A stretch of 64,000 bases of DNA from positions 3,680,001 to 3,744,000 of the forward strand of contig OY762721.1 of assembly GCA_963666345.1 (NCBI GenBank). The letters are read 5' to 3'. A program made the position numbers and the translations under genes. The first letter of the stretch is position 1; the number at the start of each line of letters is the position of its first letter. Shown here piece by piece: positions 38,749 to 50,100 of this stretch. The notes under the pieces are model-generated. The model did no database searches. It was not told the DNA's origin and saw only the letters and a list, made by a program, of their open reading frames with translations. The DNA comes from Desulfatiglandales bacterium (GTDB lineage Bacteria; Desulfobacterota; DSM-4660; Desulfatiglandales; Desulfatiglandaceae).

Positions 38749-38790
38749 TTGGTTCTATTTCTGAAATGATAAGTTTTGGCAGATATCTGC

Positions 38791-39099
38791 TCAGATCTTA
38801 TCGAAAAAATGCTGGAGGGTCTGCACAGCCTTGACCCTTGTATCAAGGTCGATTTTTTCATCAAACTGAAATTCCAGGAGAAACAGGGTCTTGTAGTCGA
38901 CTGCGGATGTTTCATAGTGCCTTAGTGCCTTTACGGCAAAATTCCGCAGAAATGAGATGTCGTCACCTAACTCTTCCTGCTTTTTGAGTATGAGGTCGAG
39001 CGCACCCCGTGCGTCTTCCTCGTTTTCCAGAACGATCTGAATATCGTACAGTTTCCGGACCGCCTTGACGATTCTTTCGCTTTCTACCTGTATCTTCAC
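38791..39099 (-). CDS. Hypothetical protein (102 aa)
   Basis: GTG start with RBS GAGG; protein-like composition. Confidence 0.65.
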   Translation of the reverse strand: MKIQVESERIVKAVRKLYDIQIVLENEEDARGALDLILKKQEELGDDISFLRNFAVKALRHYETSAVDYKTLFLLEFQFDEKIDLDTRVKAVQTLQHFFDKI

Positions 39100-39212
39100 G
39101 GTGTACCTCGATTGATTGTGCGGATTTGATCTTAAATATAAAAATAGTATAAGCGGGTGGAAAACTCAACCTCAATCTTGTTCTATGCCACGGCAGCAAA
39201 AGGAGAAACTGA

Positions 39213-39326
39213 ATGGCCTTGGTGGGATTTATCGGAGCCGGTAAAATTTCTTTCCGCTTCCCTGAAATGCGGCGCCGGAGCACCTTTCCCCGTAATGACG
39301 GCAATATGAAGCCAGGCCGCCGCTAA
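39213..39326 (+). pseudogene. Stub of a Rossmann-fold dehydrogenase
   Basis: RBS AAGGAG then MALVGFIGAGKI, followed by unrelated sequence. Confidence 0.4.
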
Positions 39327-39381
39327 AACACCATCGGGAAAACGAACCCCGGCGGCCCGGCCCCAGAAGGGTATTTGATCC

Positions 39382-40404
39382 TTATTTTGTATTTATGATC
39401 GCGTCAAAAAGCTCATCACCCAGCTTTTTACGATATTTGGCCCATATGGGTTGGACCTTGTCCACAAAGGCCTGCCTCTGGCTTACCTTATTCACCTTAA
39501 CTCCAAGTTCGGTCAGCTTGGCCAATCCGTCGACATGCGAAACCTTTGACAGCCAGCGCTGATATTCGCCTGCCTCTTTACCGGCCCTCAGGACCGCGGC
39601 CTGATTTTCTTCGGATAAATCCTGGAATGCTTTTTCATTCATGGCCACATTAGCCAACCCGTAGAAGACATTGATATAGGAATAATATTTCAGAAAATCG
39701 TAAAACTTCATGTCGACCATACCCTGGGGCGGGCCCTCAAGACCATCGGCCAGACCCTGCTGAAGATCACTGTAGCGATCGCCCCAGTCGATCGCCGTAG
39801 CCGTCGCACCAAGGGCATTGTAGGTGTCGACCATAACCCTATTCTTAGGGACTCTGATTTTGATGCCTTTTAAATCAGAAGGTTGATTGATAGGCCGCTT
39901 GTTATTGAAGATGCATCGGTCACCCCATTCAAACCAGCTGACAATACGCATTTTGCTGGCTTTGATAAACTCTTTTTCAAGTTTCTGTCCCACTGGTCCA
40001 AAAAGCACTTTGTTGACGTGCCCCCGATCTCTGAAAATAAACGGCATGATATAGATATCCAAGGGTGGGTACCACATAGAGATGTTGTTGACCGCCTGCA
40101 GGCTTAAATCCAGCGTACCGTTTTGACACATTTTAGCCGTGGTTTGTTCCTTTCCCAATTGGGCGGAAGGAAAAACTTTAACCTCGATTTCCCCCCTGGT
40201 ATACTGATTGACCAATGCGGCAAATCTGCGCGCGCCCTTATCATAGGCCGAGTCCTGAGGCAGTCCGTGCGCAAATCTCAACGTCTGTTTCAGCGGTTTG
40301 ATATAGGCGATACCCACATCCAAGCCTTCACTGAAGGCTATTGAGGGGATGAACATGAACGATACTGCCGCAACCATTAAAAATGCTGTTATTTTTGATT
40401 TCAT
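39382..40404 (-). CDS. TRAP transporter substrate-binding protein (DctP family), orphan
   Basis: Signal peptide, FPSAQLG, DLKGIKIRV and LQQG. Confidence 0.92.
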   Translation of the reverse strand: MKSKITAFLMVAAVSFMFIPSIAFSEGLDVGIAYIKPLKQTLRFAHGLPQDSAYDKGARRFAALVNQYTRGEIEVKVFPSAQLGKEQTTAKMCQNGTLDLSLQAVNNISMWYPPLDIYIMPFIFRDRGHVNKVLFGPVGQKLEKEFIKASKMRIVSWFEWGDRCIFNNKRPINQPSDLKGIKIRVPKNRVMVDTYNALGATATAIDWGDRYSDLQQGLADGLEGPPQGMVDMKFYDFLKYYSYINVFYGLANVAMNEKAFQDLSEENQAAVLRAGKEAGEYQRWLSKVSHVDGLAKLTELGVKVNKVSQRQAFVDKVQPIWAKYRKKLGDELFDAIINTK

Positions 40405-40704
40405 AATTAGCTCCTGTGACCTTTAATTTGAAATAATGATTAAATAAATGTTCCAATCTTTAGTTACCCTCACATTTTGATGTTTCTGATAAGCGGTGCC
40501 GGCCAAATATTCTGCTTCCGTATAACGGCTTACGGATAAGAGGTGAGCGCTATACACTCGGCCTGATAATTCTTCGATGATCGATTCACGCACGACACCA
40601 TCATATGTAACCATCGAATGTGAAAACTTTTTTTTCTGTTTAACCTCATTTAAATTGGTACCTAACAGGTAAAATATGTCAGGCTCAAAAGCCTGATGCA
40701 TGTT

Positions 40705-41790
40705 TCATTTGTTCCGGGCACTTTGAAAACCCCCTTTAGGCGATCGGGAGGGCTCAGCCGCGGTGGCTTCCCGGGGAGGGGCACAGGAATCGCGAATAAC
40801 CAGATCCGTCTGCAACTTGTACTGGCGGAATTTTCTGTTTGCCCTGTTGGCGTCCATGATAATTTTCATGGCGAGCGTGCCCATTTCATAGGATGGAAGC
40901 CTTACCGTGGTAAGGGCCGGATCGCAGAAAGCGGCAAACTCTATATCATCAAATCCCATGACGGAAACGTCATGCGGCACCTTCAACCCGCAGGTCTTTA
41001 TCTCGGTGATGGCTCCCATGGCCAGGGGGTCACTGGCGCAGAATATGGCGGTGGGAGGCTCATCCAGTGAAAGGAGCCTTGCAGCCCCTTCTTTTCCGTC
41101 AAGCAGGGTGGGTTCCGTTTCTATTACGTACTCCTGCCTATACTTGATGTCCTTTTCCTCGAGAGCCGAAATATAGCCTTCAAAACGCCTTTTTGCCCTC
41201 CTGATTCCGCTGAAAGGTCCTATGATAGTGGCGATTTTCCTGTGACCCAGAGACAGCAGGTATTCCGTTGCCTTGTAAGCTGCCTCGAAGTTGTCCAATC
41301 CCACATAGTTGATCTCGTCGTTTGAAAGGATTTCGTAGGTGACAACCGAGGGTATTCCCATCTTCGGGAACTTGTAGACCAGGTCCCGGTTACTTTCAAA
41401 AAAGCCGGCCAGAATCAGGCCTGAAAGGGGAAGTTTCAGCCATAGTTCAAGCAACTTGCGTTCCTTTTCAGGGGAGTAATGGCTGCTGCCGATCAGGACA
41501 TGATGGTTTCCTGTTTCACCTGTTTTTTCCGCTCCAAGGGCGGTGTTGGAAAAAAGGGAACTTCGCACCGTAGGGATCATAAGGGCGACTATAGGCAGGG
41601 ATTTGGGCAGTAGAGCATTTGTTGAATGTTTGGCTTCATAGCCGAGCCGATCAATTGCTGAAACCACCCGCTTGAGTGTGACCGGCATTACCTGGTGTGG
41701 TGAGTTTATGCAGCGCGATACGGTGGCCTTGGATACCTCGGCTAGGGTCGCGACGTCTTCCATGTTCGGTGTGTTGTTTTTCCGGCTCAT
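40705..41790 (-). CDS. LacI-family transcriptional regulator
   Basis: MEDVATLAEVSKATVSR, GHRKIA, VMGFDD and LTTV. Confidence 0.95.
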   Translation of the reverse strand: MSRKNNTPNMEDVATLAEVSKATVSRCINSPHQVMPVTLKRVVSAIDRLGYEAKHSTNALLPKSLPIVALMIPTVRSSLFSNTALGAEKTGETGNHHVLIGSSHYSPEKERKLLELWLKLPLSGLILAGFFESNRDLVYKFPKMGIPSVVTYEILSNDEINYVGLDNFEAAYKATEYLLSLGHRKIATIIGPFSGIRRAKRRFEGYISALEEKDIKYRQEYVIETEPTLLDGKEGAARLLSLDEPPTAIFCASDPLAMGAITEIKTCGLKVPHDVSVMGFDDIEFAAFCDPALTTVRLPSYEMGTLAMKIIMDANRANRKFRQYKLQTDLVIRDSCAPPREATAAEPSRSPKGGFQSARNK

Positions 41791-41880
41791 AAGCTGAATC
41801 CTCAGTGTGAAAGAATTCCCCGATGGGGTTTAATAATTTTTCCTTCGATGAAACAAGGGCCATGAATGATAAAGCCAAAT

Positions 41881-41892
41881 GAAACAGGTTTC
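41881..41892. promoter_or_regulatory. LacI-type operator
   Basis: Near-palindrome GAAACAGGTTTC downstream of a minus-strand TTGACA at about 41921-41926. Confidence 0.55.
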
Positions 41893-42336
41893 TGAAAATG
41901 TCTCATAGGCTAAAGTTCATGTCAAGCTTTTTTTGTTTTTGAGAAATATTTGTCCTGAAACCTTTGATGTTAAGTTGTAATATGCTGATATATAATGATA
42001 ATATTTGATAGATTGTCTTTGTTAAAAAAGGTGCATGTTAAAAAATATTGGCAAATTCATGACATATAAGTAAAGATATGAATGAAATGGAATTGAAGTG
42101 TTTCAGAAATTATATGTAACAATATATAGCCAAATTATGCATCTGCTAAGCTTTTTCTCCCAAAGGTTGAAGCAGAGACACCCCTGCACCTTATACAGGT
42201 TACATACCGGAAGACTTGGCTTTCGCCTTATACCCTGATATCCTACTTTATATGGTGACTTTTGTTTATCGAACGATTCAGGGTTTTGTCTGAAAGGGTA
42301 TGTGATCTGTAATGCTAAAATTGGAGAGAAATATAT

Positions 42337-43125
42337 ATGGATATAAAACTGTACCAGATTGACGCATTCGCCTCCGAGCTGTTTGAAGGTAATCCCGCCG
42401 CGGTCTGCCCTTTGGACGAGTGGCTGCCGGATGAAATCATGCTGGCCGTTGCAAAGGAAAACAATCTGTCTGAAACGGCCTTTTTCGTCCCTGAAGGGGG
42501 CGGATTCCGTATCAGATGGTTTACCCCTGAAAGCGAGGTGGACCTGTGCGGTCACGCCACTTTGGCATCCGCCTTTGTCCTGTTCGATATCCTGGATTAC
42601 GAAAAAGAGATGATCCAGTTTGATTCAAGATCAGGGCCTCTCAATGTTACAAAAGGCAAGGAAGGGCTGATCATGGATTTCCCGGCCCAGCCCCCTGTGT
42701 CTTGCGAGATCCCGGAACAAATCGTAAAGGCCTTTGGTCCGGTGCCTAAAGAGTGTCTAAGGTCTGAAGACTTTATAGCGGTTTTTGAAAATGAGTCTGA
42801 TATCGTGTCGGCAGATCCGGATTTTGAGGAGCTTAAGAAACTTGACCTACGAGGTGTCATAATTACGGCCGGCTCGGAGCGTTATGACTTTGTGGCAAGG
42901 TTTTTCGCCCCCAAATACGGAATCCCGGAAGATCCCGTAACAGGTTCCGCTTATACGCAGCTGGCGCCTTACTGGGCGGCCAGGACAGGCAGGAGGAGAT
43001 TCAGGGTAAGGCAGGTGTCTTCCCGAGGCGGCGAGCTGAGCTGCGAGGTAGTCGGTGACCGGGTGTTTATATCGGGCAGGGCGGTAAAATATCTTGAAGG
43101 CAGGATAAAGATAGATGACTTTTAA
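42337..43125 (+). CDS. PhzF-family isomerase
   Basis: GNPAAV, NLSETAF, EVDLCGHATL and EDPVTGSA. Confidence 0.95.
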   Translation: MDIKLYQIDAFASELFEGNPAAVCPLDEWLPDEIMLAVAKENNLSETAFFVPEGGGFRIRWFTPESEVDLCGHATLASAFVLFDILDYEKEMIQFDSRSGPLNVTKGKEGLIMDFPAQPPVSCEIPEQIVKAFGPVPKECLRSEDFIAVFENESDIVSADPDFEELKKLDLRGVIITAGSERYDFVARFFAPKYGIPEDPVTGSAYTQLAPYWAARTGRRRFRVRQVSSRGGELSCEVVGDRVFISGRAVKYLEGRIKIDDF

Positions 43126-43197
43126 AGGGGCAGACAGGGGCGGCAAAAAGACCGTTATCAATGTAATTGAGCCGATCCGGGCTTTAAGGAGCGAGCA

Positions 43198-43557
43198 ATG
43201 AATGAGTTTAAAGAGATTATATCGGTGGCCGGTTACGTAATCGAGTGCGTCGGTGTCCTGATGATTATCACCGGTTCTGTTTATTCCTTGTTTTGCTTTG
43301 CTACGCAGTATAGAGAAAACCTGGAAGGTGTTGCCTACCGTGTGCTTCGTCGCCGACTGGGGCGTTCGATAATCCTTGGTCTGGAATTTCTTATTGCAGG
43401 AGACATCATCCGGACCGTGGTTGTGGCGTATACCCTTAAAAATGTAGCGATATTGGGATTAATCATACTTATAAGGTCATTTTTGAGCATCGTGCTCCAT
43501 CTTGAAATCGAGGGCCGCTGGCCATGGCAACCGGTAAGGGAGGGTGAAATGGAGTAG
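43198..43557 (+). CDS. DUF1622 membrane protein
   Basis: LGRSIILGLEFLIAGDIIRTV...EIEGRWPW. Confidence 0.9.
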   Translation: MNEFKEIISVAGYVIECVGVLMIITGSVYSLFCFATQYRENLEGVAYRVLRRRLGRSIILGLEFLIAGDIIRTVVVAYTLKNVAILGLIILIRSFLSIVLHLEIEGRWPWQPVREGEME

Positions 43558-43574
43558 CGGCGTCTTAAGAATAC

Positions 43575-44243
43575 CTATATAAATCGTGCTATCTCCTTGA
43601 GCTCTTTCTTGCATATGACCGGAACCTCGACATCATCGGCCGGGTATCCCACAGGCAGGATAAGAAAAGGGCGCTCGTTTTTCGGTCTTTCAAGCACCCT
43701 GTTTAAAAAGCCCATGGGACTGGGCGTGTATGACAGGCAGACAAGACCCGCGTTATGTACCGCGGTTATGAGCATGCCGGTTGCGATTCCGACCGATTCC
43801 TTCACGTAATAATGTTTTATTGTTTCTCCGTCAGGCCCTGTGCCGTACCTCTTTTCAAAGATCGCTATAAGGTAGGGGGCCTCTTCAAGAAAGGGCTTCT
43901 GCGCATCGGTCTTTAATGCGGAGAGGGCATCCAGCCATTGTTTGGGCGCCCGTTTTTTGTAGAATTCATATTCCACCTTTTCCGCCTCCCGCCTTACCGT
44001 CTTTTTGATCAGCGGGTCACTGACCGCGACAAAATACCAGGGCTGCATGTTGGCGCCGCTTGGAGCGGTACCGGCTGCTGCGATGCATGCCTCTATGACC
44101 TCTTTCGGCACCGGGTGATCCGAGAATCTTCTGACGGACCTTCTCCTGCTCATCTGTTTATGAAAAAGCCTTGCCCGTTTTTTCATTTCCGGTTCAGGGT
44201 ACCGGCGATAGTCAAAGACACCTTTTTGATTCGATTTGATCAT
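43575..44243 (-). CDS. Nitroreductase family, iodotyrosine deiodinase-like
   Basis: [32 protein letters not shown] and [10 protein letters not shown]. Confidence 0.85.
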   Translation of the reverse strand: MIKSNQKGVFDYRRYPEPEMKKRARLFHKQMSRRRSVRRFSDHPVPKEVIEACIAAAGTAPSGANMQPWYFVAVSDPLIKKTVRREAEKVEYEFYKKRAPKQWLDALSALKTDAQKPFLEEAPYLIAIFEKRYGTGPDGETIKHYYVKESVGIATGMLITAVHNAGLVCLSYTPSPMGFLNRVLERPKNERPFLILPVGYPADDVEVPVICKKELKEIARFI

Positions 44244-44315
44244 AAGGTCCTCCTTTAAGCACGCAGCCGGGATGTTTTTCCTTCAGTTTCTCTAATTTTG
44301 AAGTATAATACGGCC

Positions 44316-46997
44316 ATGAACAAAGACAAAGAAATAATATATCTTATAGACGGTACATCCTACATACACAGGGCATACCATGCAATCAGAAACCTGGCGA
44401 ACTCAAAGGGTTTTCCCACAAACGCCGTTTTGGGCTTCACCAAAATGGTCCTGAAGCTCCTTTCAGATAAGAATCCCGGATACATGGCGGTTGTCTTCGA
44501 TTCCAGGGGACCGACCTTCAGACATGATATGTACAAGGATTACAAGGCCAACCGCCCGCCCATGCCTGAGGACATGGCCGTGCAGATCCCGGTGATAAAA
44601 TCCATACTCAAGAAGATGAACCTTGAGATGCTGGAACTCAAGGGCTACGAGGCGGACGATATCATAGGCACACTCGCTCGAATGTGCGAGGAAAAGGGTT
44701 TTAAATCGGTCATGGTGACCGGCGACAAGGATTTCAGACAGCTTCTGACCCCTTACACTTGCATGTGGGACAGCATGAAGGATAAGGTCTTTGAATATGA
44801 GGCCTTAAAGGAAGAGCACGGATTCGAACCCCAATTGTTCATAGATGTGATGGGGCTTTCAGGTGACAGTGTGGACAACATTCCCGGCGTGCCGGGGGTG
44901 GGGGAAAAAACCGCCATAGGCCTGATAAAGGAATACGGATCGTTTGAAGCGGTGTTCGAAAACCTGGAAAAGATAAAGAAGAAAAGGCTCAAGGAAAACC
45001 TGAGGGACTTCAGGGACCAGGCGGTTTTGAGCAGGAAACTCGTGGAGATAGACCGATTTGTTCCGCTTGAAAAGGATGTGGAAGAGTTGAAAGTGGGAGA
45101 GCCGGAGGGCGAGGGGCTTGCGGATATCTTCAGGGAGATGGAATTTCGCGGTCTCTGGGATCAGTTCGCTTCAAGATCAAAGGCTGAAAGCGATTACAGC
45201 CTTTGCCTTAGTCTTGATGAGCTAAAGGACCATGTCAGGTACATAAGGCAAAAGGGTGTCCTGTCCATAGACACGGAAACAACCAGTACCGAGCCGCTCA
45301 AGGCTAGGCTTGTGGGGATCTCTTTTTCCTGTGAAAGCCGCAAGGCCTGCTATGTGCCTTTCGGGCACAGTTATCTGGGAGCACCCGAGCAGGTCTCATG
45401 GGAAGATGCAAGGGAGGTCCTTAAGGATGTGCTGGAGGATGAAAAAATCCTCAAGGTTGGGCAGAACATCAAATACGACGCAGAGGTATTGAGGCTCCAC
45501 GGTATTGAACTCAAGGGCATTCATTTCGATACCATGCTCGCATCCTACGTGATCAACCCCGGTATGAGGCAGCACAACCTCGACTCTCTGGCCCAGCAGT
45601 ATCTCAATCACAAGATGATCGGGTATCACGATGTCGTGGGCAAGGGGAAAAACGAGCGCTCTTTTTCAGATGTCGGAGTCGAAGAGGCGATGGCCTATTC
45701 CTGTGAGGATGCCGATATAGCATTGCTCCTGGTTGATGTCCTTGAGAGGAGACTCAGGTCTGATAAGAATGAAGCGCTTTTTTACGAACTGGAGATGAAG
45801 CTTATCCCCGTGCTAATGGATATGGAGCTTGAAGGGATATCGATAAACGCCCCCTTCTTCAGGCAGATGTCGGCCGGTTTCACCAGGCAGCTGAAGGAAC
45901 TCGAATCAGAGATATACAAAGAGGCGGGAATGGACTTCAATATAAACTCGCCCCAGCAGCTTGGAGAAGTGCTTTTTGAAAAACTTCAGCTTCCCAGCCA
46001 GAAAAAGACCTTGAAGACGGGCCGATATTCAACCGATGTAAAGGTACTCAAAAAACTGACCGTGTATCCGCATAAGGTTCCCGGGCTGGTGTTGAGATAC
46101 AGGACCCTGACAAAGCTCAAGTCGACCTATCTCGACTCCCTTGTCAGGATGGTTAATCCCGCAACAGGGAGGGTGCATACCTCCTACAACCAGACCGTCA
46201 CCGCTACCGGAAGGCTGAGCAGCAGCAACCCGAACATGCAGAATATCCCGATTAGGGGGGAAGAGGGAAGAGAGATAAGAAAGGGTTTTGTGCCCAAAGA
46301 GGGGCATTTTCTCGTTTCGGCGGACTACAGTCAGGTGGAACTGAGGATCTTCGCCCATTATTCAGGCGATGCAGCCTTTATCGAGGCATTCAAGGCCGAT
46401 GAGGACATACATGCCAGAACCGCATCCGAGATCATGGGAGACAGATCGGGTGAGATCACCGATGATATGAGGCGGATAGCAAAGGCTATAAACTTCGGTA
46501 TAATCTACGGTATGGGTCCGAAAAAGCTGGGTGATGAGCTGGGCATTGAGCTGAAGGTGGCAAAAAACTATATCTCCGCATATCTGGCGCGCTATAAGGG
46601 GGTAGCCCGTTACAAGGAAGAGATTGTGAATCAGGCCCGTGAAAACGGTTATGTGGAGACCCTTTTCGGAAGGAGAAGGTATCTGCCCGATATAACCCAC
46701 GGCAACAGGGTCATCCGGGCCGAGGCCGAGAGGATCGCCGTTAATACCCCTATCCAGGGGACTGCCGCCGATCTCATAAAGATGGCAATGGTAAATATCC
46801 ACGGGCGGCTAAAGAGTGAAAAGATGGGCTCAAGGATGCTTCTTCAGGTCCATGACGAACTGGTCTTCGAGGTGCCTGAAAATGAGCTCGACAGTTTGAT
46901 GCCGCTTATAAAAGATGAGATGGAGAACGTATACCCGCTCAAGGTACCCCTGAAGGTGGATATTAACAAGGGCGGAAACTGGGATGAGGCGCATTGA
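44316..46997 (+). CDS. polA: DNA polymerase I
   Basis: 5'-3' exonuclease, 3'-5' exonuclease (DTETT) and polymerase motifs DYSQVELR, KAINFGIIYG and QVHDEL. Confidence 0.99.
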   Translation: MNKDKEIIYLIDGTSYIHRAYHAIRNLANSKGFPTNAVLGFTKMVLKLLSDKNPGYMAVVFDSRGPTFRHDMYKDYKANRPPMPEDMAVQIPVIKSILKKMNLEMLELKGYEADDIIGTLARMCEEKGFKSVMVTGDKDFRQLLTPYTCMWDSMKDKVFEYEALKEEHGFEPQLFIDVMGLSGDSVDNIPGVPGVGEKTAIGLIKEYGSFEAVFENLEKIKKKRLKENLRDFRDQAVLSRKLVEIDRFVPLEKDVEELKVGEPEGEGLADIFREMEFRGLWDQFASRSKAESDYSLCLSLDELKDHVRYIRQKGVLSIDTETTSTEPLKARLVGISFSCESRKACYVPFGHSYLGAPEQVSWEDAREVLKDVLEDEKILKVGQNIKYDAEVLRLHGIELKGIHFDTMLASYVINPGMRQHNLDSLAQQYLNHKMIGYHDVVGKGKNERSFSDVGVEEAMAYSCEDADIALLLVDVLERRLRSDKNEALFYELEMKLIPVLMDMELEGISINAPFFRQMSAGFTRQLKELESEIYKEAGMDFNINSPQQLGEVLFEKLQLPSQKKTLKTGRYSTDVKVLKKLTVYPHKVPGLVLRYRTLTKLKSTYLDSLVRMVNPATGRVHTSYNQTVTATGRLSSSNPNMQNIPIRGEEGREIRKGFVPKEGHFLVSADYSQVELRIFAHYSGDAAFIEAFKADEDIHARTASEIMGDRSGEITDDMRRIAKAINFGIIYGMGPKKLGDELGIELKVAKNYISAYLARYKGVARYKEEIVNQARENGYVETLFGRRRYLPDITHGNRVIRAEAERIAVNTPIQGTAADLIKMAMVNIHGRLKSEKMGSRMLLQVHDELVFEVPENELDSLMPLIKDEMENVYPLKVPLKVDINKGGNWDEAH

Positions 46998-47177
46998 CCT
47001 CGATGGCCTCTGACGGGCGAAAAGCGGAAAATTATCAATATGACGATTTCAAAGGCTGTTTTGGATTGAAATCGTGCGGTCTTATTGATAAGGGATAAAC
47101 CTTGAAGGAGTGGATATGGGGGTTGTCGGCCCTCTTGTTTGATTGCCGGGAAAATTTGATGTCAGGAGTGTGATCAG

Positions 47178-50100
47178 GTGTTGGACAAGACTATCGGCCC
47201 TGGAGGGTTTTATATAGGCATTGATGCCGGTTCGGTGAGTATTAACTCCGTTGTCTTAAGCGGGGACAGGGAACTGGTCTACGAAGCCCCTTACAGGCGG
47301 CATTTCGGAAAGGTGGAGGAAGAGGTTTCAAAACTGCTGGCAGGGCTTTACGACAGATTCGGAAGGCAGAATGTCGTATCCGTCTCCTTTACAGGAAATC
47401 TTGGCAAAAAGCTGAGTGAGAAACTGGGTGCGTTCTTCGAATTCGAGACCATAAGCCAGGTGCTGGGCGCCCTTTTCATAGAGCCTGAGACAAGGACGAT
47501 TATAAGCATGGGAGGCCAGGAGACCGCCCTTTTGCAGATAAGACACTATGAGGGCGCCTGGGACCTGGAGCATTTCAGTACCAACGGACCCTGTGCCTCC
47601 GGCACCGGGTCCTTTATCGAGCAGCAGGCCGAAAGGCTGGCGACTTCGCTTTACAGCGAGGAAAAGGACTTTTCCAGGGATATCGAAAAGATCCTCGCGG
47701 ATTTTATCCGTAAGGGTCTGAAAAGCACCAGTCCCTCCGATGTCGCATGCAGGTGTACCGTGTTTACCAAGTCGGACATGATACATCTTCAGAACAAGGG
47801 AGAAAGGCTGGAGGATATAATATTCGGCCTTCATCTGGGAAACGCAAGAAACTACATGAGTACCATAGTAAACAACAGGGAGCTTGAAGAACCGATAGTG
47901 TTTGCCGGCGGCCTTTCCCTTAACGAGTTGCAGGTAAAGGCATTTAAGGGTTATTTCCCGGCCCTGAGGGTGCCGGAGCACAGTACCTCGGTAGGGGCGC
48001 TGGGTGTGGCCCTTCAGGCCCTGGAGCAGGGTATGACGGGCAGGCCTGAGCCTGAAACGCTTCAAAACTCAGGCGCGCAGGAGGATGAAAACGTGCCCCG
48101 TGCCGGGCGGCTTATTCTCAATTTGACGGATTTTTCAAGGACAAACCGGGTAAATAAGAGAGCCCTCAGCGGCAGACCCAAAGTGTTTCTCGGCATAGAC
48201 ATAGGTTCCACGACAAGCAAGTATGCCCTTATAGACAGGAGAAAAGAGATAATTCACAAGAGCTATGTGCATACCCAGGGAAGGCCGGTAGAGGTGACCA
48301 AGGGACTGCTCGGGAACATTCTGAGCGATCTGGGGGTGGATGTAGAGATAGCGGGAGTGGCCACGACAGGATCGGGAAGAAACGTTGTGGGTGATTTCCT
48401 GAACGCGGATCTGATAATTGATGAGATCACCGCACATGCGAAGGGTGCGGTAAGCATAGATCCGTCGGTGGATACCATATTCGAGATAGGAGGCCAGGAC
48501 TCGAAATATATCTCGCTTTCAAATACATATCCCCTTGATTTCGACATGAACAAGGTGTGCGCGGCAGGCACGGGCAGCTTTCTCCATGAGCTGGCAAACA
48601 AGTACGGTATCAATATCGTTGGGGAGTTTGAGGAGATAGCCCTATCGTCTGAAAGCCCGGTAAAACTGGCCGAAAGATGCACGGTTTTCATGGAGTCGGA
48701 TCTTGTCTCCTACCTTCAAAAAGGCATGAAACAGAAGGATCTTATAGCGGGGCTCTGTTATGCAATTGTCCACAACTACCTGAACCGGGTGGTGGGTAAG
48801 AGAAGAATCGGAGAAAGGGTCATGTTCCTTGGCGGGCCTTCCCTTAACAAGGGAGTGGTGGCGGCCTTTGAAAACGTACTGAAAAGAGGGCTCATTGTAC
48901 CCCAGCACAGGGAGGTCCTGGGTGCCTACGGAGCGGCACTGAGCGTGCAGGAGGAAATGGCGGCCGGGGCCGGGGCAAAAAGCGGTTTCAGGGGGCTTGA
49001 AAGCGCGATAAACGACTCCATGCAGTATACGGAAAAGGTCTGCAAGGCGGACCCGGACTGCCACAACCAGTGCAAACTCAAGATCTATGATTTTGACGGC
49101 AGGAAGAGCATCTGGGGGGGGGAATGCGGACGCTACGAGGTCTCCCGGGCAAGCGGTCAAAAAAAGGAAAATTTCTTCAGGTTGAGAGACCGCATCTGGA
49201 ATGAGCATATGGATGGGGTTTTTGATCTTTTGGGAAGAGAACCTCTCATGGAGGTGGAAGATCGTCCCACCGTAGGCATGCAGCGGGCCCTTTACGGGCA
49301 TCAGACCTCCGTGCTGTGGGCGCACTTCTTTGACAGGCTGGGGATGCGACTGGTGCTTACCCCTCCCACCAACCCGCTGATCTCCAAAGCGGGGATAGAA
49401 AAGATGGTTGCGGAGACCTGCTACCCGGTCAAGATCTCACACGGGCATGTCGGCGAGCTTATCGGCAAGACCCGCTATCTTTTCCTGCCTACCATGATTT
49501 CAATGACAACCCCCGAGGAGGAAGAGGCGGGTTTCTTCTGCCCGCTGGTGCAGGGAAACTCCTACATGATAAGGGTGGCCATGAAGGTGGATCGCTCCTC
49601 ACTCCTGGCGCCTGTGATACATCTTAAGCATGATCCGGACACCCTGGCAATCGAGATCCATGAACAGCTGGGCTCAAGACTTGCGAAGAGTAAAGGGGAG
49701 ATCAGGGAGGCGCTTTTATACGGGCTTGAGCGACATGACCTCTTCACCAAGGCGATGTATGAGGCGGGGGAACTGCTGCTTGCCCGACATGACCCTTCCG
49801 AGCCGCTTGTCGTGGTTACCGGCAGGCCCTATAACCTCTATGATGAAAGACTGAATCTGAGGCTCGGACAGAACCTTTCCAGAATAGGTGTGCCGGGGAT
49901 CCCGATGGATTTCGTGGATGTCTCGGACGTGGATCTCTCGGATTTTCCCTCCATGTACTGGGGGCTGGGCGCCCAGATACTGAGGACGGCGAAACTGATA
50001 ATGAGCCATCCCAATTATTTCGGCCTGCATGTGACCAATTTCAGCTGCGGGGCGGATTCCTTTATTGAACATTTTTACAAATACATCATGCAGGACAAGG

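Noticed and set aside
40423..40701. 92-aa ORF between the LacI gene and dctP
   Set aside because: No RBS or motif; more likely promoter or remnant DNA.
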